Part shown: positions 50,957 to 60,495 of the stretch, piece by piece
How positions within the stretch are numbered: the first letter of the stretch is position 1
How the letters are laid out: each line of letters begins with the position of its first letter
Assembly (NCBI GenBank): GCA_963663225.1
Contig: OY760142.1
Span: forward strand, 1,508,509 to 1,572,508
DNA: 64,000 nt
Reading direction: 5' to 3'
From: Nitrospirota bacterium
Lineage (GTDB): Bacteria; Nitrospirota; UBA9217
Notes under the pieces: model-generated
The model's input: only the letters and a program-made list of their open reading frames with translations
What the model was told of the DNA's origin: nothing
Database searches by the model: none
Position numbers and translations under genes: made by a program

Positions 50957-52692
50957 TCAGAAATCAATTCAGGGTGCTTGTTGTTGATCTGGCCACCGGG
51001 AAGGGCAACATCATCATGGTTGACGGAAGAGACAGCGTGGCCGGCGGCAGCGGACTTGCGGCGCTTTTGTTCGGCAAGTATGGCTATCCGGATCGTCCGT
51101 GGAGCGACGCGGAACAGCCGCTTATTTTTGCTATCGGTCCGCTTACCGGCTACTTTCCGCTCATGAGCAAGACCGTATGTGCGTTCAAGTCGCCATATCA
51201 CGACCAGTATGCCGAAAGCCACGGCGGCGGCCGTTCCGCACTTTCACTCCGTTTTGCCGATCTGGACGCGCTCGTGATTACGGGCAAGGCCGCGCGACCG
51301 TCCGCCTTGTCGGTGGGATCACGGCACTTGGAAGTAAAAGAAGTCCACTATCTCTGGGGCAAGGATCTTTTTTATACCGGGAAAATGCTGCGCAAAATGT
51401 TCACCGGTACAGGACATCGGAGCATTCTGCGCATCGGACCCGCGGGTGAGACCGGCTCTGCCATGGCAGGCATCAATGTGGATTCCTACCGCCATTTCGG
51501 CAGGCTCGGCGGCGGCGCGGTCATGGGCAACAAGAACCTGAAAGCTATTGTGATACAGGGTGACGGAAGTTTTCCTCTCATGGACTCCACGGAGTATCCG
51601 AAGCTGTTCCAAGAAGTCCATACCAAACTGACGGATACGGACATGATGAGCAAATACCACAATCTCGGTACGCCGGTGAATGTTGCGGTGCTGAATCAGA
51701 TCAAGGCGCTCCCTATCCGCAACCTTCAGCAGACTTTCGATCCGGACATCGGCGGTATTACCGGAGAAAAGTTTGCAGAGGCGGCGCTGCTCAGAAATGC
51801 CGCGTGTTCCGGCTGCCCTGTGGGGTGCATTCATATTGGTTTTGTCCGGGAACGATTCCAGGAAGAGAACCAGTATCTCTACCGTCAGGTTCCGTATGAC
51901 CATGAACCGATTTTTGCCGTGGGAGCCATGCTTTCGGTTAAAAACTGCTTTGCAGTGCTCGGGCTTCTTGACGTGGTGGAGAAGATGGGGCTCGATGTAA
52001 TGTCTGCCGGCGTAGCGCTTGCGTGGGCGACGGAAGCCATGGAAAAAGCCCTCATCACCACGCGGGAGACCATCGTTCCTCTTGCATTCGGCAACACGGA
52101 AGGATACAAAAAAGCAGTGGAGCATCTCGCGTACGGTTCGAATGAGTTTTATCGGATTCTCGCGCAGGGAACTCTGAAGGCGGCAGAACACTATGGCGGA
52201 AAAGATTTTGCCTGTGTCCTTGGGCAAGAAATGGGCGGATACGCAACCGGCGAGGTTTTCTTTACATCTCAGGCGCTCGGGTTCCGGCACTCCCATCTCG
52301 ACACGGCTGGATATACATACGATCAGAAGCAGACGGACAAAGATGTTCCGAAAGCTGTGGACTTTTTGATCAAAGACGAGCAGGGCCGAGTGTTTCTTAC
52401 GTCCATGGTTTCCTGTCTTTTTGCCCGCAATGTATATTCAGATGATTTGCTCGCAGCCTGCTTAAAATCAGTAGGCTACAGCACGCTTGCTGACAACATC
52501 GGTGCGGTCTCACGAAGCATACAGGCGCTCCGCTGGAAGACTCGTTTAGCGACCGGGTTCAAACCGGAAACAGTGACTATACCAAAACGTTTTTCAGAAC
52601 TGACTACCTGGAAAGGGTCGATTGATACTGCGTACATGCAGGGACTCATGAATGCCTATAGCCAGCGTATTCTTGCGTTGGGCAGGGAGTAA
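50953..52692 (+). CDS. aldehyde:ferredoxin oxidoreductase family (tungstopterin) enzyme
   Basis: AOR N-terminal domain (FRVLVVDLATGK...GGSGLAALLF) and a C-terminal domain with an Fe-S Cys pattern (CSGCPVGC). 579 aa. Confidence 0.85.
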   Translation: MIRNQFRVLVVDLATGKGNIIMVDGRDSVAGGSGLAALLFGKYGYPDRPWSDAEQPLIFAIGPLTGYFPLMSKTVCAFKSPYHDQYAESHGGGRSALSLRFADLDALVITGKAARPSALSVGSRHLEVKEVHYLWGKDLFYTGKMLRKMFTGTGHRSILRIGPAGETGSAMAGINVDSYRHFGRLGGGAVMGNKNLKAIVIQGDGSFPLMDSTEYPKLFQEVHTKLTDTDMMSKYHNLGTPVNVAVLNQIKALPIRNLQQTFDPDIGGITGEKFAEAALLRNAACSGCPVGCIHIGFVRERFQEENQYLYRQVPYDHEPIFAVGAMLSVKNCFAVLGLLDVVEKMGLDVMSAGVALAWATEAMEKALITTRETIVPLAFGNTEGYKKAVEHLAYGSNEFYRILAQGTLKAAEHYGGKDFACVLGQEMGGYATGEVFFTSQALGFRHSHLDTAGYTYDQKQTDKDVPKAVDFLIKDEQGRVFLTSMVSCLFARNVYSDDLLAACLKSVGYSTLADNIGAVSRSIQALRWKTRLATGFKPETVTIPKRFSELTTWKGSIDTAYMQGLMNAYSQRILALGRE

Positions 52693-52829
52693 AAATAAAG
52701 TTGTGCCGGTGATGTGCCACTATGTCGTGTGGCTATCCCTGCCTTGACTTGCAGCCTATATGACTGCCTAAAGAAATCGTTGTTTGCCTAATAACTCAAT
52801 TGATGCTTTGTATCACAAGCCTCTTGCTG

Positions 52830-53213
52830 TTATTGAGCATACTGTGCGATGCCGTTGCCGAATGACCAGTTCTCTTTCTTGACTTCAACAAGGTTGATCA
52901 GGACATCTTCCATCCGTACGCCCAGTTCAGCGTGCAATCGCTCGGCAATGATTTTATACAGAGCCTTTTTTGCCTCTGTAGTGCGTCCTTCATTCAATGT
53001 TATTTGTACTACTATGATTCCGTCAGTGCGCCGAATATCAAGATAGCCAGGATCATAGATCAGGCTGTCTGCATCGTGTTCCGTAATGATCTGAAAATGG
53101 TCGTTTCGGGGAACGTTGATTGTTTCGAGCATGGCATTGTAGACGATTTCTCCGGCCTTCCTGCCGAATGAATGCGGTTTTCCCTTCCTGAGCGAAATGT
53201 GAACGAGCGGCAT
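52830..53213 (-). CDS. tautomerase-family protein (Pro1 after Met removal)
   Basis: MPLVHISLRKG N-terminus. About 127 aa. Confidence 0.55.
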   Translation of the reverse strand: MPLVHISLRKGKPHSFGRKAGEIVYNAMLETINVPRNDHFQIITEHDADSLIYDPGYLDIRRTDGIIVVQITLNEGRTTEAKKALYKIIAERLHAELGVRMEDVLINLVEVKKENWSFGNGIAQYAQ

Positions 53214-53469
53214 TTTCAACCTCCTGTCTGAAATAATATATTGTCAAATAGAGATTATCTGAGCATATTTTTTCTGTACATGCACAAGTGCTTGCGATTT
53301 TTTCATTGTTAACACTATAGCACAAAATGAACGGTTCGACGTCGCTCGGGCACTATTTTGAACTTGCGTTTTGGAAATAAATAGACTATTTTTTTATCAA
53401 AGCATGCGCAGGCTCAAAATTTCCGAACACTGGTCGGGTTGAATTCTATTCAGGGATAGAGGGATTCGT

Positions 53470-54840
53470 ATGAAATCAAAGATTAAAACCGTTTATGTGT
53501 GCCAGTCCTGCGGAACCCAGTCGCCGCGATGGATGGGAAAGTGCCCGGATTGCGGCCAGTGGAACACCATGGTAGAGGAGCGTTTTGAGAAACCTAAGGA
53601 CGTTGGTGCTGCAAAGCAAGGAAATGGTTCGGAACCGCTTCTTCTGGGTGATATTCAGGCTCGCGACGAAGACCGGTTTGTTACGAGAATCGGTGAGCTT
53701 GACCGGGTGCTGGGCGGTGGAATAGTTTCCGGTTCGGTGGTGCTGGTCGGCGGCGATCCCGGAATAGGGAAATCCACGCTTGTGCTCCAGATGCTGAGAC
53801 AGGTATCCGAGCTTCGGGGCAAGGCGCTTTATGTTTCCGGCGAAGAATCGCCCGCACAGATCAAAATGCGCGCACTGCGGCTCGGTGTGAAAACGGACAA
53901 TCTCTATATACTTGCGGAAACACAGCTTGAAGACATTCTGCATGCCGCGGACGGACTGCAGCCGCAGGTGCTTGTTGTCGATTCCGTGCAGACGGTTTAT
54001 ACATCCGAGCTTCCCTCGGCGCCGGGCAGTGTGGGACAGGTGCGCGAAGTATCAGGCCGGCTTATGCTGTATGCAAAACGCACGGGCGTCCCGACCTTTC
54101 TGATCGGACATGTGACCAAAGACGGCGCCATTGCCGGACCACGCGTGCTGGAGCACATCGTCGACACGGTCTTGTATTTTGAGGGAGACAAGGGACATTC
54201 CTTCCGCATTCTGCGCGCGGTGAAAAACCGTTTTGGCTCCACGAACGAGATCGGTGTTTTTGAAATGAAGGAAAGCGGACTTGCGGAAGTTGCAAATCCG
54301 TCGGAGATATTTCTCGCCGAACGTCCGGCGGACGCCACCGGCTCGGTGGTGGTTTCCTCGCTGGAAGGGAGCCGCCCCATCCTGGCCGAACTGCAGGCGC
54401 TGGTTGCGCCGTCAAAACTTGCGATGCCGCGCAGGACCTGCATCGGAGTGGATTTCAACCGGGTTTCGCTCCTGCTGGCAGTCCTGGAAAAACGCATAGG
54501 CATGCATCTTATGGGCATGGACGTGTTCGTAAACGTGGTGGGCGGACTTGCGGTTGACGAGCCCGCGGTTGATCTCGGCATCGTCGCCGCGATTGCATCA
54601 AGCTTTCGTGAGAAGCCCATTCACGCGCAAACCGTGGTCATGGGGGAAGTTGGCCTGACGGGTGAAATACGCGGAATCAGCCAGGCTGAAGCAAGAATCA
54701 AGGACGCGGCAAAGCTGGGATTTACGCGATGCATTCTGCCGGCGCTGAATGTGGAAAAAATGGAAAAATCCGCTGCGTTAAAAAAAATGGAACTTCTCGG
54801 GGTTCGCTCCGTGGAAGAAGCCATGGAGCGTCTGTTTTAG
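53470..54840 (+). CDS. radA: DNA repair protein RadA/Sms
   Basis: N-terminal zinc ribbon (CQSCGTQSPRWMGKCPDCGQW), Walker A GDPGIGKST, KNRFG motif, and a Lon-like C-terminus. Confidence 0.9.
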   Translation: MKSKIKTVYVCQSCGTQSPRWMGKCPDCGQWNTMVEERFEKPKDVGAAKQGNGSEPLLLGDIQARDEDRFVTRIGELDRVLGGGIVSGSVVLVGGDPGIGKSTLVLQMLRQVSELRGKALYVSGEESPAQIKMRALRLGVKTDNLYILAETQLEDILHAADGLQPQVLVVDSVQTVYTSELPSAPGSVGQVREVSGRLMLYAKRTGVPTFLIGHVTKDGAIAGPRVLEHIVDTVLYFEGDKGHSFRILRAVKNRFGSTNEIGVFEMKESGLAEVANPSEIFLAERPADATGSVVVSSLEGSRPILAELQALVAPSKLAMPRRTCIGVDFNRVSLLLAVLEKRIGMHLMGMDVFVNVVGGLAVDEPAVDLGIVAAIASSFREKPIHAQTVVMGEVGLTGEIRGISQAEARIKDAAKLGFTRCILPALNVEKMEKSAALKKMELLGVRSVEEAMERLF

Positions 54841-54853
54841 CAAAGGCAACCGT

Positions 54854-56770
54854 ATGAGCAAAATCACTTTTTTCATTCCTTACCCGGAAATTATTCCCGT
54901 CGTGGAAGATGTTTTCCAGGAGCAGGGCACGGACGGCTGGGAGCTGGAAATTGTTTTGTCCAAGTTTGTGCGTGAAATCGCGGACTGGAAAGACACGGGC
55001 ACGGACGTTTTGATCGCCCGCGGCGTGACAGCCGCCGCCCTGAAAAAGATCGTGCGGGGCACGCCTGTGGTGGAGTTGCCGGTAAGCGGCTACGAAGTAA
55101 TGCGGGCCATTTGGGAATGTCAGAAAAAATACGCGCCCCGGAAGATTGCGATCGTCGGTTCCCGCGACATGATCTACGGTGTCAAGAAGATCGAAGAAAT
55201 AATCGGAATAGAACTTATGGTGGTGGAAGTGCAGCATGAAGATGAGGCCGAGTCGGTCCTTCAGGCGGTAAAGGACAGCGGTGTTTCGGTAATTATCGGC
55301 GGAGTCATGTCCACCTGGGTGGCAAAACGGATCGGTCTGCAGGCAGAGTTCATTCAGATAGGACAGGACGCAATATACCGGGCCTTGAGCGAAGCGAAGA
55401 GGGTTGCGCTCGTGCGACGGCAGGAACAGGAGCGGGGAGAGCAGTTTCGCGCGATTCTGGAGTATTCAACCGAAGGTGTTGTCGCCGTCGATGCGGACGG
55501 CGTCATTAATCTGATCAACGCGGCAGCCGTGAAATTGGCGAATGTGAACGAAGAGGCGGTCGGCCTCCCCGTGGACAATGTTTTTCCGCAACTGGGCCTG
55601 ACGAAAGCTCTGGAGTCCGGGCGCGCGGAATTGGGAGAAATTGAAACAATAAACGGACAGCCGATGGCTGTTAATCGGGTCCCGTTTTCCATCGGCGGCC
55701 AGGCGGTCGGCGCGGTGGCAACATTTCAGCCGGTGAGCGTGATCCAGGAACTGGAAGGCAAGATCCGGCGAAAGGTCTATCAGCGCGGCCATGTGGCGAA
55801 ACTGACCGCATCCAACATTCTGGGCAAAAGTCCTGCGATACAGCGCGCAATAGCCATTGCAAAAGAGTTCAGTGATATAAACTCAACCGTGCTTATTATG
55901 GGAGAAACAGGCACGGGCAAGGAAATATTTGCCCAAAGCATTCACAATGCAAGCGGCCGCAAAAAAGGCCCGTTTGTTGCTGTCAACTGCGCGGCCCTGC
56001 CGGAAAATCTTCTGGAGAGCGAATTGTTCGGTTACACGGAGGGGGCTTTTACCGGGGCGGCGCGCGGCGGAAAAATCGGCCTGTTTGAATTGGCCCATAT
56101 GGGGACGATATTCCTGGATGAAATTTCGGAAATATCGCATAAGCTACAGGGCCGTTTGCTGCGGGTGCTGCAGGAACGGGAAATAATGCGCCTTGGCGAC
56201 GACAAGCTGATCCCGATCAATGTGCGTGTTATTGCTGCCACGAACCAGGACTTGTATCGCTTGATGCGGAAAGGTCTTTTTCGCGAAGATCTTTATTACC
56301 GGGTTGATATCCTCCGGCTTGTTCTGCCGCCGCTCAGGGAGCGCCGTGAGGACATTATTCCGCTGCTGCATCATTTTTTGAAAGAATATTGCCACCACTT
56401 CAATAAAAAATTCCGGGATATCAGCCCAGAAGCCCAGCGGCTGTTTCAAGACTATTACTGGCCGGGCAATGTCAGAGAACTGCGGAATGTCGCGGAGCGC
56501 CTGGCGGCGCTCAGCCGGAGCGGCGTGATAGAGCCTGAAGATGTCGAGGGGATGTTCGCACAATCACCCGATCAAGCGCATGCCGCTGTGCCGGTGTCCG
56601 GGGTTGAATCCGCGTTGATGTACACGGCCGGCGGCACGGACCTGAACCGTACGCTGCTCATGAAGGCTCTGGAAGAGTCTCATTATCATTACGGAAAAGC
56701 CGCGGCTAAACTGGGTATCAGCAGAACCACTCTCTGGCGTCGACTTAAAGAAAACGATTCTCGGAAGTAG
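54854..56770 (+). CDS. sigma54-dependent transcriptional activator with PrpR-type N-terminal sensor + PAS + AAA+ + Fis HTH
   Basis: GETGTGKE Walker A. GAFTGA motif (ESELFGYTEGAFTGA). C-terminal HTH (AAAKLGISRTTLWRRLK). The N-terminal about 200 aa resemble the PrpR/AcoR sensor domain. Confidence 0.85.
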   Translation: MSKITFFIPYPEIIPVVEDVFQEQGTDGWELEIVLSKFVREIADWKDTGTDVLIARGVTAAALKKIVRGTPVVELPVSGYEVMRAIWECQKKYAPRKIAIVGSRDMIYGVKKIEEIIGIELMVVEVQHEDEAESVLQAVKDSGVSVIIGGVMSTWVAKRIGLQAEFIQIGQDAIYRALSEAKRVALVRRQEQERGEQFRAILEYSTEGVVAVDADGVINLINAAAVKLANVNEEAVGLPVDNVFPQLGLTKALESGRAELGEIETINGQPMAVNRVPFSIGGQAVGAVATFQPVSVIQELEGKIRRKVYQRGHVAKLTASNILGKSPAIQRAIAIAKEFSDINSTVLIMGETGTGKEIFAQSIHNASGRKKGPFVAVNCAALPENLLESELFGYTEGAFTGAARGGKIGLFELAHMGTIFLDEISEISHKLQGRLLRVLQEREIMRLGDDKLIPINVRVIAATNQDLYRLMRKGLFREDLYYRVDILRLVLPPLRERREDIIPLLHHFLKEYCHHFNKKFRDISPEAQRLFQDYYWPGNVRELRNVAERLAALSRSGVIEPEDVEGMFAQSPDQAHAAVPVSGVESALMYTAGGTDLNRTLLMKALEESHYHYGKAAAKLGISRTTLWRRLKENDSRK

Positions 56771-56995
56771 TTTAAACCAAATCCCTATAATCTTTCCTGG
56801 ACTTACCTCTCTTCCTTTTTCAGGGTACCTGCCGCCTATGGATTGTCTTTAGTAAAGATATATTTGCTGAATACTTTTCATGAGTAATGAAACATTTGAA
56901 ACATATGAAACGTAATCATTTTGCTGTTTCTGTAAAAAGTACGTATGGCCAGATATTTTTGTAATATATTCAAATAGTTATGTATGTATCTGGAT

Positions 56996-57011
56996 TGGTA
57001 TTGTTTTTGCT
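56996..57011 (+). promoter_or_regulatory. sigma54 -24/-12 promoter (TGGTAT-N5-TTGCT) upstream of the CODH-associated gene cluster
   Basis: GG at 56997-56998 and GC at 57009-57010 have the correct spacing. About 45 nt upstream of the GTG at 57056. Immediately downstream of the sigma54 activator gene. Confidence 0.5.
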
Positions 57012-57055
57012 CATACAGGAATGGCATCAAGCTATTGCAGAAAGGAGAAAAGCAG

Positions 57056-57801
57056 TGAAAGTAGACGAAACCAAATGCGTAGGATGTGGTCGTTGCGTTG
57101 CATACTGCACCATGGGAGCAATCGGTTTTACCAGTGACAACCATGGCCGGATATGCGCTCGCGTTGATCAGGAAGAATGCGTGGACTGCGGCGTATGCTA
57201 TCGGGCCGAGGTTTGTACAGGCAAGGCACTTTACGAACCGATGCCGGAATGGCCCCGGTCCGTACGCGGTACTTTCAGCAATCCGCTTGTGGAGCACAAG
57301 GAAACTCGAGTGCCCGGGCGGGGAACCGAGGAAATGAAAACCAATGACATTACCGGCCGTTTTAAGTTTGGGGAAGCCGGAATGGCGATTGAGATGGGAC
57401 GGCCGAGCACAGGGGCGCGTTTTTCCGACATCGAGAAGGTTGCCATGGCTATCGCATCGCTGGGAGGCATAGTTTTCGAACCGAGGAATCCCGTGACGAC
57501 GCTCATGGTTGATAAAAACGCCGGCAAGATGAATCCGGAAATCATGAATGAAAAAGTTTTGTCCGCAATTATCGAGATGACCGTTCCCCTGGGACGGGTC
57601 CAGGAGATAATTGCAGCCGTAAAAAAAGTGACGAAGGAGATTTCCACGGTATGCAGTTTTGACCTCACTTGCAAGGTTCATCAGGGAGATGCGACTCCTG
57701 CTTTTGACCTGGCCCTGGCAGCCGGTGTGAAGCCGACGCCCAACGGAAAAACGAACATCGGGCTCGGGAAACCGTTCTTTGTTGAGGAGGCAGCGCGATG
57801 A
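57056..57801 (+). CDS. Fe-S protein: N-terminal 2x[4Fe-4S] ferredoxin domain + about 170-aa domain of unknown function (GTG start)
   Basis: CVGCGRCVAYC and CVDCGVCYRAEVC motifs. AGGAGA RBS 6 nt before GTG. The C-terminal domain is unrecognised. Confidence 0.5.
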
Positions 57802-58439
57802 GCCATACATTACATCGGCGGGGAACACGGGAGAGTCTGAAGAAAGATTTTGTTCTGTTTGCCATGTCGGCAAAAGGCATTAACGAAGTGGGGTCCAATA
57901 CGAAGCTGAAACGGTTCCTTGAAATCGTGAGCGAATATGGCCCGGTGAATGTCGGCGACATGAGAACGGGAAACAGCTTTATAACCCCCCAGCAGGAGAT
58001 TGTCAACAAGACACGCGATACATCCATCGTGCATGGCGTATTCGACAACCGGGAGTCGCTCATCAAGGCGATGAAGGCGTTGAAAGATGAAGATCTGGGC
58101 ATCTCCGTGATCGTGTCCGGCCTTTTCGACGAGGTCCAGGAGTGCTGCAAGCAGGCCGGCGTCAAACGGCATACGTGCGAAACGTCTCTCGGCATTTGGG
58201 GGAAGACGGAGCGGCTGCCCGACGAAGATATTCTTCGGTTCACGACTATGTGCGGGCATGGCCAGGTGCCGTTTAATCTGGTCAGAAAGATGATTGCCGA
58301 TATCAAAGAAGGTAAACGGACGGTTCAGGAGGCGGCGGTGGAGTTGGCAAAACCCTGCCAGTGTGGAGTCCTTAATCCCAATCGCGCCGCAGAGATGCTT
58401 GAAGAAATACTGTGCCTGTGGGGCATACGGGTCTCTTAA
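57798..58439 (+). CDS. hypothetical Cys-containing protein (213 aa), translationally coupled to the upstream gene
   Basis: ATGA overlap with the preceding stop. GAGGAGG RBS. Cys motifs ECCKQ, MCGHG and CQCG. No family recognised. Confidence 0.45.
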   Translation: MSHTLHRRGTRESLKKDFVLFAMSAKGINEVGSNTKLKRFLEIVSEYGPVNVGDMRTGNSFITPQQEIVNKTRDTSIVHGVFDNRESLIKAMKALKDEDLGISVIVSGLFDEVQECCKQAGVKRHTCETSLGIWGKTERLPDEDILRFTTMCGHGQVPFNLVRKMIADIKEGKRTVQEAAVELAKPCQCGVLNPNRAAEMLEEILCLWGIRVS

Positions 58440-58472
58440 GAGCAAGGCGACTGTTTACAGGTGGAGGGAATA

Positions 58473-59027
58473 ATGAAACGTATCTGGGTGGACCGGGAAA
58501 AATGCCTGGGTTGTAAAACTTGCGAATTGCAGTGCGCAGTGGAGCGAAATTCAGTAACCAAAAAGCTGTTCGACGCGGTACGGGAGAACCCAAAGCCGGT
58601 AGCGCGTGTCGGGGTTTTCGGACCGAGCGGGGCGAGTTTTCCGCTCCAGTGTCGCCATTGTCAGGACGCCACCTGCTTGATGGCCTGCCCTGCGGGCGCA
58701 ATGCAGCGGGATCCGGAAACAGGGACGACGTTCGTTGCCCAGGACAAGTGCAGGGGCTGCTGGATGTGTGTTATGTCCTGCCCCTTCGGCACGGTAACTC
58801 CGTCGGCAAAATACAAAGTAGCGATGAAATGTGATGCCTGTGCGCATATGGAGCAGCCTGCCTGCGTCGCGTCCTGTCCGACCGGCGCGCTCGTCTATGG
58901 CGATGAGGAGGCGTATGCGAAGGTACTGGCTGTAAAGCGGGGCAACATAGCTGTTTTCGTCAATTCGACAGCGCCGCAAGGGCGGTCGAAGGCGCTCAGT
59001 TTGGACTTTTCAAAGGAGGATAAATAA
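58473..59027 (+). CDS. cooF: CooF-like iron-sulfur electron-transfer protein (multi-[4Fe-4S])
   Basis: Four ferredoxin-type Cys clusters (CLGCKTCELQC, CRHCQDATCLMACP, CRGCWMCVMSCP and CDACAHMEQPACVASCP). Confidence 0.7.
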   Translation: MKRIWVDREKCLGCKTCELQCAVERNSVTKKLFDAVRENPKPVARVGVFGPSGASFPLQCRHCQDATCLMACPAGAMQRDPETGTTFVAQDKCRGCWMCVMSCPFGTVTPSAKYKVAMKCDACAHMEQPACVASCPTGALVYGDEEAYAKVLAVKRGNIAVFVNSTAPQGRSKALSLDFSKEDK

Positions 59028-59031
59028 TCTT

Positions 59032-60480
59032 ATGAAAGAAGTTCGGAAAAAATCGTTTGATGCGGCCACCAATGAGATGCTTATCAAGGCCCATCGCTCA
59101 AAGACGGAAGTGATCTGGGACCGTGCTGACGCAATGCAGCCCCAGTGTGGTTTTGGACGCATGAACATCTGCTGCAGCGACTGTTCTGAAGGTCCCTGCC
59201 GGGTGAACCCGTTTGCCGACGTTCCGCAGCAGACGATATGCGGACGGACGCAGGCAGATCTGGTTTCCGGAAGTTTTCTGAAGCAGGCTGCGGACGGAGC
59301 GGTTGCTTTTGCCGGCCTGGGACTTGAGTTTAATGCAAAGCTGGACGCTCGTGCGCTGCAGACGGTATGCACGACCAGGGACAGTATGCTCGCTCCCGCG
59401 GATTATTCCTTCCGGGTATCGGAAATCGGCCAGACGGTTGCAAAGACATTGCAGGCGATCCGTGAGGTCAAGGAACAGGTATATGGAAAAACGGAACCCA
59501 AGGTTGTGGCAGCAAATATGGGCGCGCTGAAAGCCGATGCCGCAAACATTGTGCTGCTCGGCCATACGGCGCCCCAGCTTGTTCAGGCGGTCGTGAATGC
59601 CGCTTCAAAGCATGCGGTCCCGTGTAATGTCGTGGCTCTGTGCGGTGGTGAAGCGAACGGCGGGCTTCCGGTATTGACGAATTACGACTCGCAGGAAATG
59701 CCGCTGCTGACTGGAGCGGTTGATCTGCTGATTACCGGTTCGCAGTGTGTCATGCCGGCGACCGTGTCCTTGGCGAAAACCAGGAAGGTGGCACTGCTCG
59801 CTGCATCCGCATTGAATGATGAAAAGAAAATTAAAGAAGCTGTTGAAACGGCCGCACAGGCTTTCCAGCAGCGGCGTGGAAAAGATGTTCAAATTCCGGG
59901 TGCAGTGGAGCAGGTGAACTCGGGATTCACGGCGGCGAACAGCAAACAGGCATTTAAAGCATTGCAAACGGCAACCGCCAAGGGTGCTCTCAAGGGAATG
60001 GTCTATCTCGGCGGATGCGGTAATATCGCGCAGACCCAGGATGCCCGGATCGTCCAGACGGCCGAAAAACTGCTCGCGGATGGATATGTGCTTGTTACCG
60101 CCGGCTGTGCGGGCGCAGCTCTGGCAAAGGCGGGCATGTGCCGTCAGGAATATGCGGCGAGGGAAGGATTGAAGAACATCGCGGAGCTCAATCTTCCTCC
60201 GGTGCTTCATATCGGGGCTTGCCACGATGCCGATTGGTTCCTTGAGATGGCCAGGGACGCTAAAACAAACGGCGTGCCTGTTTTTGTCGTTCTGCAGGAA
60301 ATCAACCACAACAAGGTTCTGGCAACTGCCGTTGCCTTTGCCTCACAGGGATTAAAAACCTATGTTGATATGGGCGAAGCGGCAAGCCTTCCCGGGCTGA
60401 AACTGCCGGGGGAATTGCTTCCGCTGGCAGAATTGCCGCAGTTGATGCCGAAGCCGGCAGCCGTTGCCGCCGCACGATAA
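59032..60480 (+). CDS. cooS: Ni-CODH catalytic subunit family (CooS-like), compact 482-aa form
   Basis: N-terminal QPQCGFGRMNICCSDCSEGPCRVNP (CooS B/D-cluster motif). Segments matching C-cluster ligand regions (LKADAANIVLLGHT, ALCGGEA, GSQCVMP, LGGCGNI, TAGCAGA, PPVLHIGACHD). Confidence 0.7.
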   Translation: MKEVRKKSFDAATNEMLIKAHRSKTEVIWDRADAMQPQCGFGRMNICCSDCSEGPCRVNPFADVPQQTICGRTQADLVSGSFLKQAADGAVAFAGLGLEFNAKLDARALQTVCTTRDSMLAPADYSFRVSEIGQTVAKTLQAIREVKEQVYGKTEPKVVAANMGALKADAANIVLLGHTAPQLVQAVVNAASKHAVPCNVVALCGGEANGGLPVLTNYDSQEMPLLTGAVDLLITGSQCVMPATVSLAKTRKVALLAASALNDEKKIKEAVETAAQAFQQRRGKDVQIPGAVEQVNSGFTAANSKQAFKALQTATAKGALKGMVYLGGCGNIAQTQDARIVQTAEKLLADGYVLVTAGCAGAALAKAGMCRQEYAAREGLKNIAELNLPPVLHIGACHDADWFLEMARDAKTNGVPVFVVLQEINHNKVLATAVAFASQGLKTYVDMGEAASLPGLKLPGELLPLAELPQLMPKPAAVAAAR

Positions 60481-60495
60481 CGCTGGAGGATGCGC

